DNA of 58,482 bases from Candidatus Collierbacteria bacterium. Its GTDB lineage: Bacteria; Patescibacteriota; Microgenomatia; UBA1400; JACPES01. The notes beneath the pieces were generated by a model that saw only the letters and a list, made by a program, of their open reading frames with translations, was not told the origin of the DNA and did no database searches. How positions within the stretch are numbered: position 1 is the stretch's first letter; the number at the start of each line of letters is the position of its first letter. Positions 18,630 through 27,423 of the stretch are shown here, one piece after another. The translations under genes were made by a program, and so were the position numbers. The stretch is from contig JACRNH010000007.1 in NCBI GenBank assembly GCA_016219325.1, positions 1 through 58,482 on the forward strand, given 5' to 3'.

Positions 18630-19500
18630 ATTCGGAAAGAATTGTATCAGTCCTATTTACAGGATGAAAGAAAGCAGAATGAATCGAGACGCGCTCGTTG
18701 GTCATTTTGGATTTCATAAACTGAAACTGCAGGTTAAAGGCTAGAAAGTTTAAAAGGCTGAAAAGGTCAAAAGCATGAAAATTATTGGACCTTTTTAACC
18801 TGTTGACCTGCCAACCTTCAAACCTTTCCCATGCGTTCGCCAGATATTTCATCCCCCATCGATTTCCCCACATCATTTTTTCATAAGTTCCGTCTTTATT
18901 AACAACCGGTTTCATTTGAGCCAATTCGTGAGCGGTATAGAGATTGCGCTGGTCAACCGGAATCGCTAAGGCCGACTTGTCAAGCCAAAGATTTAGACAA
19001 ACGGCGTTTTTTAATTCTGAATTTTGAATACTGAATACTGAATTGGAATGCCGGCGTCGTTTGAAAAAAATGGAAACTAAGATCGTCGCCAGCGGACGGA
19101 CAATCCATAGACGATTTTTTGACGTCACCACCATCAAGTCAATATCATCGTTTTCATCGGTATTTTCCATCGCCAGCGCTCCGGTTACCGCCACCATTTT
19201 TATCCAAGGAATTATGGATATCGTTTTTGCGGCCCTGCGGGCAATTGTCAATTTCTTTGCGCTTATTTTTTGCCGGCGGAGGCGGAGAGAAACAAGGGCT
19301 AAGGGTTGAGGGCTAAGGGTTGAGGGTAGAAAAAAATCGTTCCATTGTGAGATTTTTTTAGCTTTGAGCAAATTTTCAATTTCTTTTTTTAATGCCTTTA
19401 CCGAAACCTGTTTATCGGAAATTAAATAATGGTGAAGTTCTTCAATATTTAAGGGATAATCAAAAATAGAATGATACAACAGGGTGGAAAGGACGCTCAC
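18601..19500 (-). CDS. Hypothetical protein with an NTase-like motif
   Basis: VAVTGALAMENTDENDDIDLMVV resembles G(S/A)...DxD of Pol-beta-type NTases. Contains two low-complexity word repeats. Confidence 0.45.
   Translation of the reverse strand: MSVLSTLLYHSIFDYPLNIEELHHYLISDKQVSVKALKKEIENLLKAKKISQWNDFFLPSTLSPQPLALVSLRLRRQKISAKKLTIARRAAKTISIIPWIKMVAVTGALAMENTDENDDIDLMVVTSKNRLWIVRPLATILVSIFFKRRRHSNSVFSIQNSELKNAVCLNLWLDKSALAIPVDQRNLYTAHELAQMKPVVNKDGTYEKMMWGNRWGMKYLANAWERFEGWQVNRLKRSNNFHAFDLFSLLNFLAFNLQFQFMKSKMTNERVSIHSAFFHPVNRTDTILSEYDRLCHRNF
19015..19046. repeat. Low-complexity word repeat (GAATACT units) inside a CDS
   Basis: Read directly. Encodes SVFSIQNSELK in the 18601-19500 ORF. Confidence 0.8.
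19296..19327. repeat. Tandem 14-nt repeat GGGCTAAGGGTTGA (x2.3) inside a CDS
   Basis: Read directly. Encodes LSPQPLALVS in the 18601-19500 ORF. Confidence 0.85.
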
Positions 19501-20876
19501 TTTACTCCGAATTTCGTCAACACCTGTTTTACGCCCAAGGCAACCGTCTCAATAACCGCTTCGGGGCTGGCTTGTTTTTCTACGATTCCATTAACGGCAT
19601 CTTCGTAATAGGCAATTATTTCATCGTTGATCCCCTTATCTCCGGTTCTGGAGGCCATATACCAAGACTTGGCAAACTCTGACTGTTTGGCGAATGCCGC
19701 AGCGTGTTTAGCCCCGGATAGAGATTGTGCCATGTCACGGCGGGGATAAATTTCTCCGAAAGGCCGGACTTTAGCCGCTTCTGTATACATTGTCTGCAAA
19801 GATTCCTGCGAAGATAAATATTTCAGAAATTCCCAGGCCTGCTTTTTGTATTTTGAACTTTTCGACACCCCTTCTACCCAAGCCGACGACCAAGTAATCT
19901 GACGCTGGCTGGTTAGCTGGGGAACAGGATGAACAGAAAAATCCAATTTGGGGTTTAAAGTTACGATTTCATGGACTTGCCACGAAGGGGCGATCATCAT
20001 CGCCGCCTTTCCGGTCGCGAATGCCACAACATCAGGAGGCAAGGTTTTATCCCAGATCCTGTCTTGAGTAGCAAAAATAGTGTAAAACCTCAAGGCGTCG
20101 GCTCCCAGATTCCGGCCTCTGGCATCTATGGTTGCATTCGGCCGAGACAAATCAACACTGTTTTGCAACATCAACAAAGCCAAAATGTCCGGCCAAAAGC
20201 CGACATTATTGGTCGTCCCCATCGCCATTCCGGATCTAACAATTCTTCCCTGTTCATCCCACTTAGTCAGAGAGAAGGCTGTCTTCCGCAGATCGTCCCA
20301 GGTCGCCGGAACTCCCGAATTGGTTGCCGCCAAAATTTCGTTGTTGACAAATAGCCCCAATCCTTCCGTCATCAGGGGAATTGCCATCACTTTACCGCCG
20401 ACAATAACCTCCGGCAAAGAATCCCGGTAAAACGATTTTCCGAATTCGTCGACAGAAAATGTCTCCGCCGGAGCCGGCTCCATTTCGGAAACAAACATCG
20501 GCATCCAAGTTTGGTGGATTCTCATGATGTCCGGCATATTCTGAACGTCTTTCCTGGCCAGTATTGACTGCAATCTTTCCCTGTAATCAATTTTCGACTG
20601 CATTTGGTAATTAATTTTCACTCCGGGATGGGAAGATTCATATTTGGCAATTACCGGAGCCATCACCTCTGCCGGTTCCCATAGCCCCCAATAAGTTAAA
20701 GTTACCGCTTGTTTGGACAGCCGCGGTAAAATCAGCAGTTTGGTTATAAGAAATCCGGCCAGGCCCAAAACTATGGCTGCGGCCACCGGAACTAAAATTC
20801 CTAAAGCCGGTTTTTTAACATCGGCCACATTCAAATGCGACCCCATCTCTAAAGTCGGATCTGGCAATTTTGGCAT
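19497..20876 (-). CDS. ABC-transporter extracellular solute-binding protein (family 1, sugar type)
   Basis: N-terminal TM/signal anchor, then TLTYWGLWEP...; length is typical of SBP_bac_1. 459 aa. Confidence 0.7.
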   Translation of the reverse strand: MPKLPDPTLEMGSHLNVADVKKPALGILVPVAAAIVLGLAGFLITKLLILPRLSKQAVTLTYWGLWEPAEVMAPVIAKYESSHPGVKINYQMQSKIDYRERLQSILARKDVQNMPDIMRIHQTWMPMFVSEMEPAPAETFSVDEFGKSFYRDSLPEVIVGGKVMAIPLMTEGLGLFVNNEILAATNSGVPATWDDLRKTAFSLTKWDEQGRIVRSGMAMGTTNNVGFWPDILALLMLQNSVDLSRPNATIDARGRNLGADALRFYTIFATQDRIWDKTLPPDVVAFATGKAAMMIAPSWQVHEIVTLNPKLDFSVHPVPQLTSQRQITWSSAWVEGVSKSSKYKKQAWEFLKYLSSQESLQTMYTEAAKVRPFGEIYPRRDMAQSLSGAKHAAAFAKQSEFAKSWYMASRTGDKGINDEIIAYYEDAVNGIVEKQASPEAVIETVALGVKQVLTKFGVK

Positions 20877-20902
20877 ACAGGTAAAATATACCAGAATAGA
20901 CT

Positions 20903-22249
20903 ATGAAGATGCCAGCCTTTATTAATAAATTGCGGAAACTGCTAAAACGGCACTGGAAAATATTCGCCGGCTTTACGATTACATTTATTGTTTTGTTGCC
21001 GCCGACTATTTATATATCTTTTGAAATGGCATTTAGGGGCCGGCCTTATCCCGGAGTTAAAGTCTCGCCGGCATTTTCCATAATTTATAATAAGCAAATT
21101 TCAGTTGGCGAGTTCGTATTTACCCCCAGAGATATTAATGTCACTGTTGATTGGCCGGAAACTAGAAAAAGAATTGTGGCAGTCGGTAGAAATGGTAATT
21201 TTATTGACAATTTAACCGCTAAATATTCCGCCTACCACCATTCAGTCTCTATCGATCCGGTTATCAATTACGATTCCGGCTTATTGGAAAATTTCATCGT
21301 TGTCACCGCCGAAAAAATAAATAGGCCGGTAGTGGAGCCAAAATTTAAACTTCAAGATAACAAAGTAACTGAATTTCAGCCGGGATCTTCCGGAAAACAG
21401 GTTGATCAAGAATTGCTAAAGGCCAGAATCTTAACCGCCATTTTCGGCGGAGCCGATTATCAAACAGTAGAAATCCCAACATCTGTTATTGAGCCGTCAA
21501 TCCCGGCCGGAGAAATGACTGCCGAAAATTTAGGAGTTAAATCTTTAATCGGCCGCGGCGCTTCAACTTACAAGGGTTCAATCCCGGGCAGAAAACACAA
21601 TGTGGCCTTAACTGCCACCAAAATTGACGGAGCCCTGATTTCCCCCGGGGCTGTTTTTTCATTCAACGACACCGTCGGAGATATTAGCCGCGAAACCGGC
21701 TTTCAGGAAGCGTATGTGATTAAAGAGGGCCGGACAGTTTTAGGCGATGGAGGCGGAGTTTGCCAGGATTCAACCACTCTTTTCCGGGCGGTATTAGCAG
21801 CCGGATTGCCGGTAATTGAAAGGCGAGCCCACGCTTACCGCGTCAGCTATTATGAACAAAATTCCCCCCCGGGGTTTGACGCCACAGTTTATTCTCCAAC
21901 AACTGATTTTAAATTTATAAACGATACACCGGCATATATATTAATTCAAGCCAAAGCGGACAACCCAACCTCAACTTTAACTATTGAGCTTTGGGGGACC
22001 AGCGACGGCCGGGTGGCGACGACTACTAAACCCATAATCACCGATCAGTCTCCGCCGCCGCCGGACCTGTATCAAGACGATCCAACTTTGCGTTCAGGCC
22101 AAATTAAGCAGGTTGACTGGAACGCGTATGGAGCTAAAGTAAAATTTGATTACCACGTTGAGCGCCACGGAGAAACTTTAAGCCATAAAACATTTTTATC
22201 CAATTACCGTCCCTGGCAGGCGGTGTTTTTGAGAGGAACCGGCGGATAA
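20903..22249 (+). CDS. VanW-family protein
   Basis: GAVFSFNDTVGDISRETGFQEAYVI...GGGVCQDSTTLFRAVLAAGLPVIERRAHAY is the VanW domain signature. N-terminal TM. Confidence 0.85.
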   Translation: MKMPAFINKLRKLLKRHWKIFAGFTITFIVLLPPTIYISFEMAFRGRPYPGVKVSPAFSIIYNKQISVGEFVFTPRDINVTVDWPETRKRIVAVGRNGNFIDNLTAKYSAYHHSVSIDPVINYDSGLLENFIVVTAEKINRPVVEPKFKLQDNKVTEFQPGSSGKQVDQELLKARILTAIFGGADYQTVEIPTSVIEPSIPAGEMTAENLGVKSLIGRGASTYKGSIPGRKHNVALTATKIDGALISPGAVFSFNDTVGDISRETGFQEAYVIKEGRTVLGDGGGVCQDSTTLFRAVLAAGLPVIERRAHAYRVSYYEQNSPPGFDATVYSPTTDFKFINDTPAYILIQAKADNPTSTLTIELWGTSDGRVATTTKPIITDQSPPPPDLYQDDPTLRSGQIKQVDWNAYGAKVKFDYHVERHGETLSHKTFLSNYRPWQAVFLRGTGG

Positions 22250-22264
22250 CCCGATTATTCGCGA

Positions 22265-22702
22265 TCAATCAAAGCCAATAGGCTTGTTAGATTTCTGCCC
22301 TGTACGGACGCGGATCATCCCAAGACTGGCTGCCGCTTTTAAATCCGGCTCAAGTGGGCTAAATACAGCAACTTTTTTATTTTCAGAAATTCCCATGCCG
22401 GTAGCAGCTCTCAAAGCCAAACGTGATAACTCATCTTCCGGCGTATCAACAGCTGCTCCCCCAATCGCCACGGCAACTAACTTATTTCCGTCACTATTAA
22501 ATAAGTCTGCATATTTTAAATTAACCGATTCTTGAAAGTCGGCGGACAAAACACCAGCTGCCATGCCGGTCTGTCTGAGATTTTCCAATTGCTGTTCCAG
22601 ATATCTTGAACTTCTCTTGTGCGACTCTTGTGCCTCAACTATTGCCCCTTCTTCCCTGATTATTACCCCAAGAGCTTCTTTCCCGCCGATTCTATTTTTC
22701 AT
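22265..22702 (-). CDS. Hypothetical protein
   Basis: 145-aa ORF with no confident motif. Confidence 0.4.
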   Translation of the reverse strand: MKNRIGGKEALGVIIREEGAIVEAQESHKRSSRYLEQQLENLRQTGMAAGVLSADFQESVNLKYADLFNSDGNKLVAVAIGGAAVDTPEDELSRLALRAATGMGISENKKVAVFSPLEPDLKAAASLGMIRVRTGQKSNKPIGFD

Positions 22703-22731
22703 AAAGGCGGATTATACCATTAAAAATACAA

Positions 22732-23280
22732 TTAAATAATTCTTAATCCCTCTAGCTTGGCCTTAATTTCATGCATATGATCCCAACGGTAATATTGTTT
22801 AATCAGCGGATGGCCCCTATCAAACATTTCTTTTGCCGGGACCAATACTATGGTCCCGATTTCAGTTGAAAGCATTTTTCTGTTTTTGGGCTCTACCATT
22901 CTAAGCCCGTGAGCCCAAGACCATTTCCCAATCTGTCCCCATTCTTCTTCCACGAGATAAGAATATACAATTTGAGCCGTTCCTTTAGTTGACGATAAGC
23001 CAAACAACCATTCTTTTAAGCGATTGGGGCTAATTTCCATGCCGGTTTCTTCTTTTACTTCTCTAACAGCAGCTAGTTTTGGATCAATCTCGTCAACTTC
23101 CACGTGCCCAGCCGGAATTCCCCAAGGCTTATTGGGTTGATCAACTTGTTCTAGTAAAAGCAGCGACGGACAGCCTTCTCTTATAAGTTCGCCTGTATGT
23201 ACCAATACTCCAACCGAGGTGATTTTTAAGGGGTCGTCGCCAAATAACCATCTATCGGGAACAAAATGCTCAAGGTGCAT
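22732..23280 (-). CDS. NUDIX hydrolase
   Basis: Nudix box GHVEVDEIDPKLAAVREVKEETGM (GX5EX7REUXEEXGU). ATG at 23280, one codon inside the GTG of the ORF track. Confidence 0.85.
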   Translation of the reverse strand: MHLEHFVPDRWLFGDDPLKITSVGVLVHTGELIREGCPSLLLLEQVDQPNKPWGIPAGHVEVDEIDPKLAAVREVKEETGMEISPNRLKEWLFGLSSTKGTAQIVYSYLVEEEWGQIGKWSWAHGLRMVEPKNRKMLSTEIGTIVLVPAKEMFDRGHPLIKQYYRWDHMHEIKAKLEGLRII

Positions 23281-23444
23281 CACGGTATGTGCAATTAAAT
23301 ATCCGACACTAAGGCCTTCAAAAATTGATTAGGTATTTGCAAGTTAAGTCCCATGTGTAATCTGACATTATGGTACCACAAGAGATAATTTTGCAGTTCG
23401 TTTATGAGTTCAGGTGTTTAACTTTAATTAAACGGATCAAGGCC

Positions 23445-23472
23445 TTGACAGAATGTTATAACGGGTTATAAT
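23445..23472 (+). promoter_or_regulatory. Sigma70-type promoter TTGACA-N16-TATAAT, 6 nt before the ATG
   Basis: -35 at 23445-23450, -10 at 23467-23472, ATG at 23479. The spacer carries a direct repeat GTTATAA x2, a possible operator. Confidence 0.6.
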
Positions 23473-23478
23473 TAAATC

Positions 23479-23742
23479 ATGATTACGCCGGTTGCCCATA
23501 AAATTATTCAGGTGGGGAATTCTTTGGCGGTAACTCTGCCGACTGATTTCGTGAAGCGCTATCGGCTTAAGGCCGGCGGAACGGCGTTTTCTCAATCAGT
23601 AAATGGAGAAATTAAATACGCTACGTCGAGGGGAAAAGCGACAAACTATCAGAGAATACCGGATGAAGAATTCGCCCGGCTGATACTTCGGGTTGAGTCA
23701 ATTTATGGAGAAGCCTTGGAGAAATTGGCTAAACTTCCGTGA
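23479..23742 (+). CDS. AbrB/MazE/SpoVT-type antitoxin (Doc partner)
   Basis: KIIQVGNSLAVTLPTDFVKRYRLKAG is a swapped-hairpin AbrB-like motif. Overlaps doc by 4 nt. Confidence 0.75.
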   Translation: MITPVAHKIIQVGNSLAVTLPTDFVKRYRLKAGGTAFSQSVNGEIKYATSRGKATNYQRIPDEEFARLILRVESIYGEALEKLAKLP

Positions 23743-24134
23743 AAGTTTTCACTGTTAGGCAAGTTTTAATTCTTCACGAGCGGATGATCCAAAAATACGG
23801 CGGATCTTCCGGTGTCCGCGATATGGGAATGTTGGAGTCGGCGGTGGGAAGGCCGTTTGCGACGTTTGGCGGCGAAGACCTTTATTCTGATGTTTTTATG
23901 AAAGCGGGAGCTTTCATCCAATCTATTGTTAAAAATCATCCTTTTATTGATGGAAATAAAAGAACAGCTTTCACGGGAACAATAGCGTTTCTTTTAGCAA
24001 GCGGGGTAATTATTTCTGCCGGCACTAACCAGGTGGTGAAATTTATGCTTAGAGTTGCCAACGAAAATTTATCTGTTGATGAAATTGCCAAATGGCTGGA
24101 GAAAAATACTAAAAGTGCTATTATCGCGTCATGA
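23739..24134 (+). CDS. doc: Doc (death-on-curing) Fic-family toxin
   Basis: ILHERMIQKYGG...GVRDMGMLESAV...HPFIDGNKRTAF (Fic motif HxFxDGNKR). GTG start. Confidence 0.9.
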   Translation: MKVFTVRQVLILHERMIQKYGGSSGVRDMGMLESAVGRPFATFGGEDLYSDVFMKAGAFIQSIVKNHPFIDGNKRTAFTGTIAFLLASGVIISAGTNQVVKFMLRVANENLSVDEIAKWLEKNTKSAIIAS

Positions 24135-24330
24135 AAGGGAGTTGATTCCAACTTGCGAGGCCCTTTTTATTACGCCGGATATCGCTTTTTTTTGGCCGCA
24201 AAAGACACTCCGCTAATTGCTAAAACCGAACTAGAGTCCGGTGAGAATGGATTAATCGCCGCAATTGCGTTTCTTGGAAAAAGCTTCTAGCCTAAACTAA
24301 ATACGCTCTTCAAGTGCTACAATTGGCTTC

Positions 24331-26424
24331 ATGGAATCTAAATACGATCATCAAAAATTTGAAAGGGAAATTTATAGAAAGTGGGAAGATCCGGGGGCAT
24401 TCAAGCCGGGAAATGGCAAAAAACCGTTTTGTATTATCATGCCGCCGCCAAACGCAAATGACCCATTGCACGTTGGACACGCGATGTTTGTAGCCATAGA
24501 AGATATTTTAATCCGTTATCAGAGGATGTTGGGAAGGAAAACATTATGGCTGCCGGGAACCGACCACGCCGGAATTGAAACTCAATATGTATTTGAAAAA
24601 AAATTGGCCAAAGAAGGTAAAAGCCGGTTTGATTTTGACCGGGAAACTTTATATAAAATGATCTGGAATTATGTTCAAGATAATTCAAATGTGGCCATAG
24701 ATCAAATCAAAAGATTGGGCGCCAGCGCGGATTGGTCAAGAAAAAAATTTACCCTTGATCCGGAAATCGTCGATTTTGTCCTGGATACTTTTATTAAATT
24801 ACATCAGGATGGATTGATTTATCGGGATCTAAAGTTAGTTAATTACTGCGTCAAATGCGGAACGGCATTTTCAAATTTGGAAGTGGGGCATGAAGAGAGA
24901 AAAACCCCTCTTTACTATCTAAAATATGGTCCCTTTACCCTAGCGACAGTCAGGCCTGAAACCAAATTTGGGGATACGGCAATAGCTGTGCATCCGGACG
25001 ACAAACGATATAAAAAATATGTTGGGCAAGAAATAGGGGCCGAGGGGTTGTTGGGCAAATTTAAAATTAAGGTAATTGCCGACAGTTCTGTCGATCCCAA
25101 ATTTGGCACTGGAGCCGTAAAAGTTACCCCATACCACGACCACAATGATTTCGCTATCTGGAAAAGGCATCCGGAACTGCCAAAGCCTGCTCAGGTAATA
25201 GGTCAATCCGGAAAATTAAATCAAAACGCAGGCAAATATTCCGGCCTGAGAGTTATGAAGGCGCGAGAGGTAATTGTTGAAGATTTGAAAAGGCTAGGAT
25301 TATTAGTAAAAGTAGATGAAAATTATCATAATTCAGTCGGGGTCTGCTATAGATGCGGCGCGGTTATAGAGCCGCTGCCAATGAAACAATGGTTTTTAAG
25401 AGTAAAACCTTTAACCGAAAAAGCCTTGGAGGCTCTGTCAAAAAAGCAAGTCAGGGTGTATGGGTCCGGACACGACAAAATTTTAAAGCACTGGCTGGAA
25501 AACCTCGAAGATTGGAATATCAGCCGGCAAATTGTCTGGGGAATCAGAATTCCTGTTTGGTATCAAAAAAATTCAACCGAATATGTTGTGGCCAAAGAAT
25601 CGCCCGGAAAAAATTTCGTTCAGGAAACCGACACTTTTGATACCTGGTTTTCGTCAAGCCAATGGCCGGTGGTTACTTTGAAAACTAATCAACCGAAAGA
25701 TTTTGAAACTTTTTATCCGACAGATGTAACGGAAACCGGATATGACATTCTCCCTTTTTGGGTAATGAGGATGTTAATGATGGGAATTTATTTAACGGGC
25801 GAGGTCCCGTTTAAAAAAGTTTATTTGCACGGACTAATCAGGGATGAGAAGGGACAAAAGATGAGCAAATCCAAGGGAAATGTAATTAATCCATTGGTGA
25901 TGATAGATAAATACGGCGCGGATGCTTTAAGAATGGCCCTTGTTATCCGCTCAACTCCGGGGCAGGACAAAGGCATGGGCGAAGGAGACGTTCGGGGAAT
26001 GCGGAATTTTTCCAATAAAATCTGGAACGCAGCGCGATATATCAATCTCAAATCTCAAAACTCAAATCTCAAAACCACAATTCAAAACCCAAAACCGGAT
26101 AGGGAGTTTTATAAAAGATTAAGCCAGACAGCGTCATTGGCAACAAAGCATCTAAGCAACTATAGGATTGGACTAGCAGCTGAAACTGTTTATAACGAAT
26201 TCTGGCACTGGTTTTGCGATGAAGCGATTGAAAAAAATAAAAGACAGGAAATTTCCGACAAAGCAATTTTTGAAGGCCTGGTTACTTTTCTCAAGCTCCT
26301 CCACCCTTTTATGCCTTTTGTGACAGAAGCGGCGTGGGGAGAAATCAAAAAACAGAAAACAAAGAACAATGAACAGAGAACAATGATGGAAGAAATGTTG
26401 ATCAGCGCAGAATGGCCGAAATAA
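24331..26424 (+). CDS. valS: Valine--tRNA ligase (short form, 697 aa)
   Basis: PPPNANDPLHVGHA (HIGH) and KMSKSKGN (KMSKS). It ends soon after the anticodon-binding helices, so no C-terminal coiled coil is apparent. Confidence 0.92.
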   Translation: MESKYDHQKFEREIYRKWEDPGAFKPGNGKKPFCIIMPPPNANDPLHVGHAMFVAIEDILIRYQRMLGRKTLWLPGTDHAGIETQYVFEKKLAKEGKSRFDFDRETLYKMIWNYVQDNSNVAIDQIKRLGASADWSRKKFTLDPEIVDFVLDTFIKLHQDGLIYRDLKLVNYCVKCGTAFSNLEVGHEERKTPLYYLKYGPFTLATVRPETKFGDTAIAVHPDDKRYKKYVGQEIGAEGLLGKFKIKVIADSSVDPKFGTGAVKVTPYHDHNDFAIWKRHPELPKPAQVIGQSGKLNQNAGKYSGLRVMKAREVIVEDLKRLGLLVKVDENYHNSVGVCYRCGAVIEPLPMKQWFLRVKPLTEKALEALSKKQVRVYGSGHDKILKHWLENLEDWNISRQIVWGIRIPVWYQKNSTEYVVAKESPGKNFVQETDTFDTWFSSSQWPVVTLKTNQPKDFETFYPTDVTETGYDILPFWVMRMLMMGIYLTGEVPFKKVYLHGLIRDEKGQKMSKSKGNVINPLVMIDKYGADALRMALVIRSTPGQDKGMGEGDVRGMRNFSNKIWNAARYINLKSQNSNLKTTIQNPKPDREFYKRLSQTASLATKHLSNYRIGLAAETVYNEFWHWFCDEAIEKNKRQEISDKAIFEGLVTFLKLLHPFMPFVTEAAWGEIKKQKTKNNEQRTMMEEMLISAEWPK
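26044..26096 (+). repeat. CTCAAA(A/T)CTCAAA word repeat, in frame inside valS
   Basis: CTCAAATCTCAAAACTCAAATCTCAAAACCACAATTCAAAACCCAAAAC encodes NLKSQNSNLKTTIQNPKP. Confidence 0.9.
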
Positions 26425-26759
26425 AAATAATTATTCATCAAAACCGTTTAGCAGCTTTACTTGTCCTCCTACTGACCATCATATTTATGACGTCTTTGGC
26501 AACTATTTTCAAAGAAAAAAGAATTGCGCAATTATGGGAAACCCGCCGCGATAAAGAAGACAAATTAGAAAAATTAGTGGAACTGTCAATCCAATATCCC
26601 GATTATCGCGATCTTTTATACCGTCTGGCTATCTCTCAATCAGAATTGGGAAATGACGAAGCTGCCAAAGAGGCCTTCGCCCGGGCCAGATATTTGGACC
26701 CCAACAATGAAACCTTGATTAAAATTGCCGATAGTCTGGGTATTTCCCTATCTAATTAA
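26412..26759 (+). CDS. Membrane-anchored TPR-like protein
   Basis: N-terminal TM, then YRLAISQSELGNDEAAKEAFARARYLDPNN, a TPR-type helix pair. Confidence 0.5.
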   Translation: MAEIKIIIHQNRLAALLVLLLTIIFMTSLATIFKEKRIAQLWETRRDKEDKLEKLVELSIQYPDYRDLLYRLAISQSELGNDEAAKEAFARARYLDPNNETLIKIADSLGISLSN

Positions 26760-27149
26760 GAATTTTTTAGGGTAAAATTTGTCAAACGATACAATTCCAT
26801 CCAGACCATATTTATCTATAAATGCTAAATTCGCACAGTCCACAAAAGATGTTCCCTTCTTGGCCTGTTTCAAAAATATGTTCCATGCCAATTTTTCAAG
26901 AGCATCATCCAGAGTTATTTCCTGATCAATAACTCTGTCTCTCTTCAAATAAAAGTCTTTGGCCTCTTCCTGCCCTACTTTCATACTTATCACCGTAGCC
27001 GTCTCTTGGGCCACAAGGTTCAAAATCATAAAAATATCACCTTGGTTGTGAAGCCTTCTGGTTATTTCTTTAGCCTTCTGATGGGTTGAGTCGTCAAATT
27101 TATACAAGGCCACTAACACATTTGAATCCAAGGCTATCTTCCTGCCCAT
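26748..27149 (-). CDS. vapC: PIN-domain toxin (VapC family)
   Basis: IALDSNVLVAL... with PIN acidic residues. 133 aa, overlaps the upstream RHH antitoxin gene. Confidence 0.8.
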   Translation of the reverse strand: MGRKIALDSNVLVALYKFDDSTHQKAKEITRRLHNQGDIFMILNLVAQETATVISMKVGQEEAKDFYLKRDRVIDQEITLDDALEKLAWNIFLKQAKKGTSFVDCANLAFIDKYGLDGIVSFDKFYPKKFLIR

Positions 27150-27388
27150 TTTGGGTTACCCTTTCCATATAAATAATAATCAATCCTTGAAGACAAATTT
27201 TTTGGCCCGCCTTTTGCCGCCCCGATAAACCCTTCCCCCCATTTCTTAACTCTCTTCATTTTTTTATTTTTTATTACCGTTTTTACTCCTTCTCTAACCA
27301 ATTGAGAAAAATTCATTCCTTCTTGTCTCATCAAGAAGGCCATGTCCTTGTGCAAATCGTCCGGAATATATACTTGCGTTCTAATCAT
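27134..27388 (-). CDS. vapB: RHH (CopG/VapB-like) antitoxin
   Basis: MIRTQVYIPDDLHKDMAFLMRQEGMNFSQLVREGV is a ribbon-helix-helix. Confidence 0.7.
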   Translation of the reverse strand: MIRTQVYIPDDLHKDMAFLMRQEGMNFSQLVREGVKTVIKNKKMKRVKKWGEGFIGAAKGGPKNLSSRIDYYLYGKGNPKWAGR

Positions 27389-27394
27389 GCTTTA

Positions 27395-27423
27395 ATTGTA
27401 TGTTGTATGTTGTATGTTGTCAA
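27395..27423 (-). promoter_or_regulatory. Sigma70-type promoter TTGACA-N17-TACAAT, 6 nt before the vapB ATG
   Basis: Minus strand: -35 at 27418-27423, -10 at 27395-27400. The 17-nt spacer is the heptamer repeat ACATACA (plus strand TGTATGT x3.4). Confidence 0.55.
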
